NCBI RefSeq assembly: GCF_026210795.1
Contig: NC_089435.1
Span: 434,001 to 498,000, forward strand
DNA length: 64,000 bases
DNA from: Rhizophagus irregularis
Lineage: Eukaryota
Reading direction: 5' to 3'
Below, piece by piece: positions 1 to 13,441 of this stretch (positions are counted from its first letter, which is position 1; the number at the start of each line of letters is the position of its first letter). The position numbers and the translations under genes were made by a program. The notes under the pieces were generated by a model. It was not told the origin of the DNA, made no database searches, and worked only from the letters and a program-made list of their open reading frames with translations.

Positions 1-1294
1 CACCATGAGTTAAATTTGATTCATGAATTACTTTGAGTCCTAATCAATAAATGTAATCTGTCTTGCCACTTAAATTTAATTATATCAGATAAACATTTTC
101 TCAAACTTCCTTTTTTTGCATAACTCATTACTATTATATAATTTAAACTATTTGGATCTTTAGTAATTCCACAGAATTGAATAAATTTTGAAAATGATTT
201 TTTTTGACAGGTATAATGATATTTCCACTATATAAATAATAAAAAAATTATTAAATTTTTGCAAGAGAAAATAAATTAGCTATAAAATAATATAAATAAC
301 ATACCTCCTCCAGAAATTTATCATTTAAATTTGATGAATTATTAAGTGTTTTAAGAATAACCTCATAACCTGTTTGAAAATTACATCTATTCCATTGTTT
401 TTTGTCAAAATTCCAACTAAAAATAGGTCCATCTAACCAGATAGCTTTATGAATTTCACTAAATCTTCCTTTATCATAATAATTAATACTTGACAATTTA
501 TCATAAGGTATCCATTCTAAAATTTCATAACTATTCTTAGCTTTTAATTGTGCTTCTTGAATAAATTTATCAATAAATTCATTTTTACTAGTCCACTTTG
601 AAAAATCTTGTTGAAATTGTTTAGTATTACATTGTTGGCACCACTGGTAATAAGTATATGGTTGCTTGCATTCATTACATAATTCACCAGCTTCATTATT
701 ATAACTTACTTCATTACTTCTTGTTGCTCTTTGTTGCCAATAAAAGGCTTTTTCTAAATTCTTTTCTGTTCCTTCACCATTATAATACATACCAGCTAAA
801 TTATTCATTGTACTAGTATTACCATGTTCTGCTGCATTTTGATACCAAGAAAAGGCTTTTTCTAAATTCTTTTCCGTTCCTTCTCCACTATAACAACACA
901 TGGCTAAATTAAACATTGCTTCTTTAACACCGTTTTCTGCTGCTTTTTGATACCAATAAAAGGCTTTTTCTAAATTCTTTTCTATTCCTTCTCCATATTC
1001 ATAACATACGGCTAAATTATTCATTGCATCTGCATCACCATTTTCTGCTGCTTTTTTATACCAGTAAAAAGCTTTTTCTAAATTCTTTTCCGTTCCATTT
1101 CCACCTTCATAACGTATGGCTAAATTAAATATTGCTTCTCTATTACCATTTTCTGCTAATTTTTCTAAAGAATTAATGCATTCTTTACACCATAATTCAT
1201 TAGTAAAAGGTTTACTGCAATATAAACAATTTTCGTTATTTATTGTATTGATATCATTATTTGAAATATTTAAATTGCTAAATTTCGTTCCCAT
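1..1294 (-). pseudogene. Sel1-repeat (4x) + CxxC/WCxxC + tyrosine-kinase-like kinase gene, frameshifted; continues off the left edge
   Basis: Exon 1 is 1294-305: four 36-aa Sel1 repeats, CxxC..WCxxC, EWIPY, VILK. Phase-0 GT-AG intron at 304-228; exon 2 from 227 (WKYHY...MSYAKKGSLRKCL). Relative to the paralog at 62020-62050 an 11-bp segment (ataattgtttt) is missing near position 44, giving an in-frame TGA at 23-21 before the HGD catalytic loop. Confidence 0.85.
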
Positions 1295-1599
1295 TTTTTA
1301 TTTAGAAACTTATTTTATTGAAAGAATTTATTTTTTTTTGACAAATTTTTTTTTATATTTTATTGAGTTTACTAAAAAGGAATACTTGAACCAAAAGTAG
1401 AAGTCACAACAAAAAAAAAAAATTTTTTCGGGTCATATTTTTTCCGATAAACTAATCTGCGACGAGTTAAAATCATAGATAAATATCTATAATAAAATAT
1501 TGAATTTTTCAAAAATTAATCTTGTTATTTTTTTACATTAAGATTATTTGATCATATAATTTTAAAAAAAAATTAAGCGAATGTAAGCGAATTCATTAT

Positions 1600-1768
1600 T
1601 TATTTTATGTGAAGCCGGCAGAGAAACTAAGCAAAGGGATGGACTATAACTAGCACGACCTAAACGAATCCTACCATCGAATTCCAGACAAGCTGGAGCC
1701 CAACCCGAACTTCTTGAAAAATAAAAGACCTGCACTACTACCACTACCGATAATAATCCAGGAGTAAA
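1600..1768 (-). mobile_element. Short 5'-truncated non-LTR-type retro-insertion
   Basis: GC-richer 169-bp island flanked by the 12-bp direct repeat cgaattcattat (1588-1599, 1769-1780), with an ATAAAATAA tail on the minus strand. Confidence 0.6.
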
Positions 1769-4700
1769 CGAATTCATTATAATTCGATTAAATTTTTACG
1801 AATAGACATCATATGTGAATCACGTGATTAATTCAATATCCTCCGTATATTGAATTTGTTAATTCTCAATACAATATGAAAATTTGATTTTAAGCTCATT
1901 AATTATAACAACTAATTCCTTCAAAAAAAAGTAAGGAAACTTTCCAATAAGCACGTAAGTCGCAACCAGAAATTATCGCTTCTTATCTATAAAATATTAA
2001 TGGTATTTCATTTCTTTTGAAGCCTCATCATGTGAAATATTGAAATTTATTTCTTTTTATTTATCCCCGACCCAAAGCGGTTTATAGATAATAAAATTAT
2101 GATTTATTTTGAGTGTTATACTATTAATCATTAAAATATCTCTTTGTCTTTTTACTAAAAGATTTTAACTCTTAATATTTTGTATATAAACTATGAAACG
2201 TTGAAGTTTCTATATTAAATTGTCTTACACGCTTAATTTGATTCGTTTTACTGATTCTAATAAAATATTAATATTAATTTTGAATTTTAATTAATAATTC
2301 GTTAATTAAATAATTTATTTTTTTTTTATTTAATATAAATAAATGAATATATTAATTCATACTTTATATACTATTTTAGTATTCACGTTAATAAAATAAT
2401 TTTTGACATTTTGCATGAAAAATATCAAGTAAAAAGTTTTATCATTAAGCGTCAAATTGAAATTGACTTTGTTTTAAAAACTCATTTTTATTCATTCTGC
2501 ATAATTTAAATTATTTAAATAAAATTTAAAATTATCATATTAATGTTAATGTCAAATACTGTGAATAAATAAAAAAAAATTGAATAAAATACATTAAGAA
2601 CATATAAATTATAGTATTAAAGTTATATTAATTCAGTTATTCTTTAAAGAAATTTTACACATTAACTGGGATGGAATCGAAGCTATCAGTCTAAATCAGT
2701 TTAATTGATTTAATATATTCGACGGTTGCAACAATCCAGAAAAACTATAAGTGTATTGCATTAATAGTTAATAATTTTTGAAGGTTCACGGTTGTGAATC
2801 TTCTACCATTTTGTACAACATCTCCCTTAAATGGTGAACTTTAATGATTATAATGATTTATGAAATTTATCAATCTCAAAATTATTAAATCTTTTAAATA
2901 GTAAGGTTTAATTGGCTATTTGATAGTATTTGTTTTCCACTCTGAAGAAAAATACGTCAAGTTATAGTAAATTAAGTTCATCATTTGTAACATCAGTAAG
3001 ACTATTTACTTTCAATCAAAGATATTATATCTATTCATGCTGTATTAGACAGATAATAATTGGCAATATAATATATGTTGGCTTTATAAGAACTACAAAC
3101 ATCAAAGATGAAATATTAGATTTTTTAAAAGATAAAGCAAAGTTAAGGTTACTAAAATTTGAATACTTTATTATTACGTCCTTTGACAACTATGACTTTT
3201 ACATTATAATTAATAAGATCGTGGAGGAAATTCAAAAAATTACTGGATAAGGCACGATTTATAATTTATATAGTAAAATAAGAAAAAGGAAAAAGAAATT
3301 TAAGTAATTCAATACATGGTAAAAAAAATATTCTTAAGCCATCATTAACCCAAAAAAATAAATTAAAATAAAATAAAAATAAATTGAAATGAAACGAAAT
3401 AAATGAAAAATAAAAACAAAACAATGGATTAAATAAGTCACTACTTGAATAGCGAATTCTAATTCCAAATCCTAATATTATATATTTTAATGGCATCTAT
3501 TCCAATTTCCAAACAAGGAAAAATTGAAAAAAAGGACAACGTGGTAAAAGTCTCATAAGCCCTTGGTAACGTGATTGAATAACATGAAATATAAGTGTAT
3601 AACGGAAAAAAATGAATGTATGGATTAACAAATAAATTTTAAAGAAATTAAACCGTCTGTAGCATATCAACATTATCGATACGTTATATATTTTTGATTT
3701 AATTTTATTTTTAAATTAGAGTGGTTGGAGTCGAAGTTGTAAAATACAATATCGATCACTGCGTCACAAATTTAGATCTAATGTTACTATGAAGATGTCG
3801 TCTCCAACGATAAGGTAAGAAAGCTATTATTAACAAGGAATTATACGTTGTAAATACTAAAGTTTGCAGACAGAAGTTTTTTTTTTCTAATTATTTATAA
3901 TTTATTCATGTTATCCCAAGAATTTTCTGTATAGAAAATATGTCTATGAACAATTTCTTCATAGAATTGATAATGCTACATTGCAACATTGCAGCAGTAA
4001 ACAAACAAAATTTAATTTTAGACCTTCTTAATGGAAGACAAAAATAATTCATATAAATATATAAAAATATATTTTTACAGAATTCTATAGAATATTGATC
4101 TAATCCGATTAAGTTATTTTTCATGGAGTGTATAAATTCTGCTAAGCGTCGTTTCCTTTTTAGAATGATTTCCTGATGTGTCGGACTTTAACTTTCCCCT
4201 TTTCCTATTTATATGTAACACAAAGCGTATCTTACCCAAAATATGGAATAAATAAAATTAATTTGATCCAAATTAAAGCCTAGTCCCTACTTTCCGGAAA
4301 AATATATTCTACCGCAAATTATATCATTAAAAATATAGCGGATAACAATACAAGATATAATATTATTAAAAAAAGGGAAACAATGAATAAAATTATATAT
4401 AATTTAATCGATGTTAAATGACAAAGCTGGCCAGAATAAATGATCAGCATAAAAAATTATCTTTTTTGGAATAAAGGCGAGATTTTAACATCTTGTATTT
4501 GAATTTTGAACGAGTTAACAAGAAATGTAAATTTTCTTCCCGGAAATTTCATATTCTAAGAATTATTATGACCATGTTGATACTACGGTGCAATATATAT
4601 TTATAGAAAAGAATTACAATTATTTGGAAACCCAATTGATAATATTTCTTTGGATTTAGGACTTGTTCAAGATGTTTTCCTAATTTCTTCTGGATGGGTA

Positions 4701-4810
4701 ATATTATCCTTCAAAGATAAACTATTCCAATTCTTTTAGGGTTTGTAATATAACCTAAAATTTTTAATTTGTTAATCTGCCTGTAAAAAAAAAATCAAAC
4801 ATATTTATTA

Positions 4811-4960
4811 CAGCTATTTGTAAAAATAACAGACCATTTTTACTACGACGCAGTTATTATTTAATTAAAATTCTGGCTGGAATTATAATTTGGCCAAAAT
4901 TATGCCGATCAGTAATAATCTCTGCGTATGATTACTCATGAAGCCTCGGAACGAAAATGA
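4811..4960. mobile_element. MITE fragment (TA|CAGCTATTTG end, Tc1/mariner-like), same family as 6595-6908
   Basis: ta-cagctatttgtaaaaataa end; internal ttggccaaaattatgccgatca...tgcgtatga is shared with 6800-6880. Confidence 0.5.
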
Positions 4961-6397
4961 AATGAATTGGGTGGTCCTTTTCTTTTGCAATGATCGGCGG
5001 TGAATATTTCGCGCTTCTGAATCTCTCAAAGCCGCGTTTATAAAAATTTGCAAGTTAAATAATATGACGTTTCATTAATAAAAGTAGGAAAATTAGATGA
5101 AGGATTACATTTTGGAACATTTTGACGTTTTTGGTGGCAGTCATATGATAATACATTATATCCTATATCCTATGTGCTTAGAAATGAAAACCCTGGTCAT
5201 ACTTTAATAAAACTCATTTTATAATTATCAGTTATCGTAGTTAAAGGAACTTCAAATTTTTTCAATAATTTTATCAAATTATTTTTTTTTTTGTGTTACA
5301 AATTAGGTAAATCAATGATCACATAACGAATTTTAATCTCTAACCCATGGGATTCACTATAGTAATAAGGATGAATTGTATATGGTTTAAGTTCATTTAT
5401 CCCAGTGTGAAGCAATGGCTGTTACTAGTATATATTATTAAAATTTCATATTTCTTTTAAAAATCAACCATTCAAATTTTTGACAAGTATTAAACGTTTG
5501 AGAAACAATATTAATAAGTAATAATTTTAGAATTTGAAAGTCCAATAAAAATTTGAAAGTTCTGTAGTACAAGTGATATTGGTAATTTATCAAATTCATT
5601 AAAATTCGAATATTACAAATTTCGATTTCAAGGTACCAAGCAATGCCGATTATTGAAGAATTTTTCTTCGATTGTAACGTACTAATGTTCAAACTAAATC
5701 AATAAGGTCGCTTATTTTAGAAATTTTGATAAACTGATAACTAATTTTTAATATTGACTAAATTATTAATAATTGAAATATCATTATTAATGATATAATG
5801 ATATAGCAAAAAATAAAATACGTATTATAAGGATCTTTAAAATATAATTTTGATAAATTTATTTTGAGCCTCCTAAAAGTTAAACTTATAACATAAAACA
5901 TTAGTTCATCACTACTAAACAATAATAAAATACAATTCTAGACAGTACATAACTTAGATGTTAGAATCGATTAAGGTACCTAAAAAATCGGTTAATAGAT
6001 TAATTTAATCAATTAAAAATGAAAAAATGCAAGATCATTTCAAAATCGATAATTATTTTTTAATATATTTAGTTAGATTGACTTTGTAAAAAAAATACTG
6101 TAAAAAAATTTTGATTATTATTTTACATTTTTTTTTTTAGAAAAAATAAACCTTTGTTTTTAAAATATTACATCTTTATAAATTGAACTAAATGATGATT
6201 ATTCTAAATATAAGCATAGTTCCTATTCATATTAAATGAATCGGGGCCACAAAAGAATGTTGAAAATATTGAATATTTTTGAATATATCTTAATATTTGT
6301 GTGTTTTTTATTAAATACTATTCAGCCGGACTAACTTTAGTCAGTTGTCTAATAAATAAAAATTTTTTTTGATTACAAATAATTTATTTTTTATAGT

Positions 6398-7108
6398 TAC
6401 GGTGCGTTTCGCCGAAGTCTATTTCACCAAAACCCATTTCGCTGATGCCATTTCGCCGAAGGGATATTTCGTCAAATGGCGTTTCTTTGAATAAACATTT
6501 CACTGAATCCTTTTCCCAAATCGCTCATTTCGTCGAAGGACATTTGGCCAAAAATGTTAGTGATTAACATAATTTAAAGAAATATGAAATTGTTTATTTT
6601 TGCTCGGAAGTTTCATACGCAGTCATACGACAAGAGCATAATCGATCTGCATAATTCTGGCCAAATTATGAACTTGACCAGAATTATAATTTCCGTTTTA
6701 GGAAATTAAATGTTATACAAATTTGAAAAAGGAAATTTTCATTGTGGAATGGCCATCGCCAAAAAAGGATATGATTGGTATAGCCATTGTTATAAAATTA
6801 CAATTTGGCCAGAATTACTGCCGATCAATAATAATCTTTGCGTATGACTGCGTATGACTGTGTATGAATCTCCGGAGGAAAAATGTCCATTATTTTTGCA
6901 AATAGCTGTAATTAAATAAAAATGAACAAACGTGACTTGTAATGTGTAAGAGAATTAGATGTCCCTTCGCCGCCAAAATGCCTTCAGTAACATGGCCATT
7001 TGGGAAAATATTTCGGGAAATAGCACTTTAGTGAAACATCTCTTCAGAGAAATTGCTTCGGCGAAATGGGTTTTGATGGAATGGACTTTGGCGAAAAGTC
7101 CAGATACC
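6398..7108. mobile_element. Foldback/MULE-like MITE with long TIRs made of CATTTCGCCGAA-type repeats
   Basis: 6400-6550 and 6960-7108 are imperfect inverted repeats (tttcgccgaagtctatttcaccaaaacccatttcg vs cgaaatgggttttgatggaatggactttggcgaaa). Confidence 0.7.
6595..6908. mobile_element. MITE nested in the foldback element
   Basis: Internal inverted repeat ttcatacgcagtcatacg / cgtatgactgtgtatgaa; right end ttatttttgcaaatagctg-ta. Confidence 0.55.
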
Positions 7109-7803
7109 ATTTTATACCATTTTTTATTCGTATAGCAAGAAGAAATAACGATGCAAACTATCAATAATTTATGTAATAATAAATTATATAAATTGATAAT
7201 ATCCTTTATAATAGATTTATTCCATGTTTTTTTATTCCATGTTTTGTTTTCTGCATATTCACGTGATTTTTACAGAAATTACGGATCAAATTACAGGGTA
7301 AGTAACATGAAATTCAATTACAAATTTTCAAAAAAAAATAATTTATTTAATTCTAATACTTAATTTTCATTATGTACTCAGTAATACAGATATTCAGCTC
7401 AAAAGCCTCAAATAATTAAGAAGTTTATCAATTAGGTCTTTGCTATACATATCTGAATTGAGGGACCAATTAGATTTTAATAGTCGAAAGTTTCTTTTTT
7501 GCGAATATTTACATTAGATATTGAATAGTAATTTTATACCAGTATTATCTTTTTAATAGTGGAATATGACTTATTGATAAATAAATAACTGCTAGCATCA
7601 AAAAATAATTTTTCTTGTACAAAATATTTATAACATTTATATATCAATTTTGAATCATTCTTTAAAATAATACAAAGTAATTTAATCAATTACAAGCTAC
7701 TTTTATTTATGTAAAAAAAGTTTACATTTTAACTCTATAATCAATGAACAAAAATTATAATATCAAAAATTAATTTCTCATTATAATAAACCTAACAAAA
7801 TCT

Positions 7804-10800
7804 TTAATTAATCATAAAATTTACCTTAATTGCACAGTCTAAGCAATCAGTATTATCATCTGCGTATTTTGGAAGATTTTCCGTAAAAGGATTGAGTAAT
7901 CTAGATGTATAGAAAGCTTGAGAGTGAGTTGTTGAATGATTATTTTTACCTACTCCATTATTATTGTATCTATATTCTTCTGCTTCTTTGAATTGATCGT
8001 CATTATTTGAATAAAATTGCTTAATTAATTCTTCCACTTCAGCAACATTAGGCCTATTCATTGGATTTAAATCCAAACACTTTATCATTAGGTCAATATA
8101 ACAATTAGGTGCTTCTTGCTCATTTGTTTCTGGTCTAATTCCTTTACAAATATCTAATGCTAATAATCCATCATGAGCACGATTTGCAAATGGTTGTTTT
8201 TCAGTTGCCACAAAATACATCATCATTCCAAAGCTATATATATCTGCTGCTTTAGTATAAGGTCTTCCTCTTAATACTTCAGGAGCTACGTAGGGCATAA
8301 CTCCATAAGTTTTTGTTTCATCTATGTTATTAACTTCTCCACTTGATCCCATATCTGAAATATAGTTTGAAGTAGCCCAATAATAAGTATCCTTAAATAA
8401 TATATTTCCTGTATGAAAATCACGATGAACCATCTGTTTTTGATGCATTTCTTTAAGACCATTAATAATATTATTCAACACTTTTAATTTATTTGACCAA
8501 CTAAAGTTTTTATGATTATTATTTAACCAATTATTAAAATTTCCACCTCTTGCATGTTGAAGAACCATAATATAATCTTCTGTATCTGGGTTTTGAGATA
8601 TACCATATATTTTAAGAATTTCACCAGAATTGTCAAAATTATTAAACCTACTAATTGAATATGCTTTAACCTAAAAAAAGAAAAATAATTACTAATTATT
8701 ATATTTAAGAAAATGTACTCAAATTAAATATTTTCGTACCTCACTTAGAAATTTATTAGAAATATTTTGAGAATCATCTAAACATTTTAAAGCTACCGTT
8801 TTATTTAAATCTCTTGTATATTCCTTTTTATTCCAATATAATGGACCTTCCATCCATCTTGCTGAATATACTTTAGCAAAACCACCTTTACCTATTTCTT
8901 TAATATCATTAAATTGGTTGTATGGTATCCATTCAAATATTATATCATTATGATCATTAATTTTTAATTGCATTTCCTGAATTAATTTATCAATTTGTTC
9001 ATTATTACTGGTCCAGTTCATAAAATTCTCTTTTAAATAATTTATTTGACATGATTTACACCATTTATATTCTGCATTTATATATTTGTTGGCACATTTA
9101 TCACAAAAAATTTTAAAATATTGATTTAATTCAAGGACTATAATATAATTCATTGTATTAGAATTTTGTGATATTCCATACAACTGAAATTCTTTATACT
9201 GTACAATAATCTATTATCAAAAATATTAATATTATAGAAAATATTTAAATTAAATTTACAGAAAATTTACATACCTTGTTCAGAAATTCTTTAGTAATAT
9301 TTTGTGAAATAGTTAGATATATTAAAATAACTACTTTATTTATTGAATTTCTTGTATATTCCTTTTTATTCCAATATAATGGACCTTCTATCCATCTGGC
9401 TGAATATACTTTAGAAAAATTATCTTTGCCTATTTTTTTAATGTCATAAAACTGATTATATGGTATCCATTCAAATATTATATCTCCATGATTATGAATT
9501 TTTAGTTGCATTTCTTGAATTAATTTATCAATAAGTTCATTTTCACTAGACCAGCTTGTGAAATTTTCTTTTAACCAACTTATTTTGCATGATTTACACC
9601 ATTTATACTCCACATTTGTAAAGTACTTTTCACATTTTATACAGTAATTTTCCAAATATTGATCTACATTAAATATCATAACGTAGTCCTTTGTTTTAAG
9701 ATTTTGAGATATGCCATATATATCAACTTTATCATAATATGCTGTAATCTATTAAAAATAAATGTTATTATATCGTAATATACTTGAAATTAATTTCATA
9801 GAAATTTACATACCTCATTTAGAAATTCATAAGTAATATTTTGTGAGTCAACTAAATATTTTAATATAACTGCACTATTTTCTAAACTTCTTGCATATAC
9901 ATTTTTATAATGACTAAATGACAATGGACCATCCTTCCATCTTGCTAAATATGTTGTATGGCTTAATTCTTTGGTATCATTGAATTGATAATATGGTATC
10001 CATTCAAATATTATATCTTTATAATCATTAACTTTTAATTGCATTTTCTGAATTAATTTATCAATAAGTTCATTTTCACTCGTCCAGTTTGTGAAATTTT
10101 CTTTTAACCAACTTATTTCACATGATTTACACCATTTATATTCTGCATTTGTAAAATATTTTTCACATTTTACACAGCAATTTTTCAAATATTGATCTTC
10201 ATTAAATATGACGATGTAATCCATTGTATCAGGATTTTGAGATATACCATATATTTTAATTTTACTATAATACGTTATAATCTATTAAAATAAGTGTCAA
10301 TATATCATAATTTGCTTGAAATTAAATTTATAGAAAATTTACATACCTTATTTAAAAATTCATTAGTGATATTTTGTGAATTAATTAAACATTTTAAAAT
10401 AACTGCTTCATTTGCTGAATTTTTTTTATATCTTTGTTCATTCCAATACAATAAATCATTATTCCATCTTGTTACATATCTTTCTACATTCCAATACAAT
10501 AAACCATCTTTCCAGCTTGCTAAATATGTTGTATTGCTTAATTCTTTAATATCATTAATTTGATTGTATGGTATCCATTCAAATATTACATCTTTGTAAT
10601 CATTAATTTCTAATTGCTCCTTTTGAATTAGATTATCAATTTGTTTATTGCCGCTAGTCCAATTTGTAAAATTTTCTTTTAACCGATATATTTGGCATGC
10701 TTTACACCATTTATACTCTGAATTTGTGTAAAACTTTCCACATGTTACACAGCAATTCTTCAAATATTGATCTTCATTAAATATCATTATGTAATCCTTT

Positions 10801-13441
10801 GTATTAGGATTTTGAGATATTCCATATATTTCAACTTTATCATAATATGCTATAATCTATTAAACATGAATGTCATTATTTTATAATGTACTTGAAATCA
10901 AATTCATAGAAAATTTACATACCTCACTTAAAAATTCATTGGTAATATTTTGTGAATTAATTAAATATTGTAAAATAACTGCTTTATTTGCTGAATGTCT
11001 TATATATTGTTTTTCATTCCAATATAATAAACCATCCTTCCACCTTGCTAAATATGTTGTATTGCTTAATTCTTTAATATTATTGAACTGATAGTATGGT
11101 ATCCATTCAAATATTGTATCATTATAATAATTTATTCCTAATTACATTTCTTGAATTAATTTATCAATATGTTCATTTTCACTGGTCCAGTTTGTGAAAT
11201 ATTCCTTTAACTGACTTATTTCACATGTTTTACACCATTTATATTCCATATTTGTAAAGTACTTTTCACATTTTACACAACAACTCTCCAAATATTGATA
11301 TATATTAAATATCATAATATAATCTCTTGTGTTAGGATTTTGAGATATACCATATATTTTAACTTTATTGTAATATTCTGTAATCTATTAAAAATGAATG
11401 TCAATACATTACTTAAAATTAATACATAGAAAATTTACATACCTCACTTAGAAATTCATTAGTAATATTTTGTGAATCGATCGAATACTTTAAAATAACT
11501 GTCACATTTGCTGAACTTCTTATATATCCTCTTTCATTCCAATATAATAAACCATCCTTCCATCTTGCTAAATATGTTGTATTGCCTAATTCTTTAATAT
11601 CATTAAATTGATAATATGGTATCCATTCAAATATTATATCTTTATAATCACTTATTTCTAATTGCATTTTTTGAATTAAATTATCAACAAGTTCATTTTC
11701 ACTAGTCCAGCTCGTGAAATTTTCTTTTAACCGACTTATTTCACATATTTTACACCATTTATATTCCACATTTGTAAAGTACTTTTCACATTTTATACAG
11801 CAATTCTCCAAATATTGTTCTTTATTAAATACCAAAATGTAATCCGTCGTATTAGGATTTTTAGATATACCATATATTTTAACTTTATCATAATATTCTA
11901 TAATCTATTAAAATGAGTGTCAATATATTATAATGTACTGGAAAGAAATTAAATTCATAAAAATTTACATACCTCATTTAGGGATTCATTAGTAATATTT
12001 TGTGAATTAACTAAATATTTCAACATAACTGCAATGTTTGCTTTATTTCTTGTATATTTATTTTTATAATAACTATATGATAATGGACCATCCTTCCATT
12101 TTGCTAAATATGCTGTATTGCTTAATTCTTTAATATTATTAAACTGATAGCATGGTATCCATTCAAATATTATATCTTTATAATAATTAATTCCTAATTG
12201 CATTTTTTGAATTAGACTATCAATATGCTCATTTTCACTAGTCCAGTTTGTGAAATTTTCTTTTAGTTGACTTATTTCACATATTTTACACCATTTATAC
12301 CTCACATTTGTAAAATACTTTTCACATTTTATACAGCAATTCTCCAAATATTGATCTTTATTAAATACTATAACGTAATCCATTGTATTAGAATTTTGAG
12401 ATATACCATATATTTTGACTTTATCATAATATGCTATAAACTATTGAAAATAAGCGTCAATATATTATAATTTACTTGAAATTAAATTCATAGAAATTTT
12501 ACATACCTCATTTAGAAATTCATTAGTAATATTTTGTGAATCAACTAAATATTTTAATACAACTGCAATATTTGTTAAACTTCTTGTATATACATTCTTA
12601 TAATAACTATATGATAATGGACCATCCTTCCATTTTGCTGAATATGTTATACTGCTTAACTCTTCAATATTATTAAACTTATGATATGGTATCCATTCAA
12701 ATATTACATCTTTATAATTATTAATTTCTAATTGCATTGTTTGAACTAGATTATCAATTTGTTCATTTTCACTAGTCCAGCTTGTGAAATTTTCTTTTAA
12801 CCAACTTATCTGGCACTGCTCACACCATTTACACCAAACATTATGTGCATTTGTATGATACTTTTCACATTTTACACAGAAATTCTTCAAATATTGATCT
12901 TCATCAAATATTATAATATAATTCCTTGTGTTAGGATCTTGAGATATGCCATATATTTTAATTTTATCATAATATGTTATAATCTACGAAATAAGTGTCA
13001 ATATATTATAGTGTATTCGAGATTAAATTCATAAAATTTACATACCTCATTTAAAAATTCATTGGTAATATTTTGTGAATTAACTGAATATTTTAGTATA
13101 ACTTCAATTTTTGCTTTATTTCTTGTATATTCATTTTTATGATAGCTATATGATAATGGACCATCATTCCATTTTGCTGAATGTGTTGTATTGCTTAATT
13201 CTTTAATATTATTAAACTGATGATATGGTATCCATTCAAATATTACATCTTTATAATCATTAATTCCTAATTGCATTGTTTGAATTAATTTATCAATTTG
13301 TTCGTTTTCACTTGTCCAGTTCGCAAAATTTTCTTTTAACCAACTTATTACACATAGCTTACACCATTTATACCGTTCGTTTGTGTATATTTTAGAACAT
13401 TTTACACATGCTTTTCTTAACAAATCTTCCATCCTTGACAC
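7804..13441 (-). CDS. Multi-exon tyrosine-kinase-like kinase with 9 tandem Zn-knuckle/kinase N-lobe cassettes (about 1684 codons if all exons are joined; exon 5 has an in-frame TAA)
   Basis: Exons 13441-13046, 12983-12507, 12440-11973, 11904-11443, 11384-10923, 10856-10347, 10281-9814, 9748-9275, 9210-8740, 8670-7804. All exon lengths are multiples of 3; all introns are 58-69 bp GT-AG, phase 0. Exon 9 has IGKGGFAKVY and VALK; the last exon has HRDFHTGN, SDMG, YVAPE, DIYSFG. CAA>TAA at 11144-11142. Confidence 0.85.

Noticed and set aside
2930..3496. ORFs of 106 and 76 aa
   Set aside because: No recognisable motif; low-complexity or possibly a decayed gene remnant.
4811..6908. Single 2.1-kb Tc1-like element from the facing CAGCTATTTG ends
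   Set aside because: The right end belongs to a copy nested within another MITE; two separate fragments are more parsimonious.
11142..11144. Stop-codon rescue by A-to-I editing (also 40288-40290 and 63785-63787)
   Set aside because: Editing would give Trp, but paralogs have Gln/Arg at these positions; simple C>T mutation suffices.
10294..13034. Plus-strand short ORFs over the kinase cassettes (similarly over AKR and Sel1 exons)
   Set aside because: Antisense shadows of real minus-strand exons.
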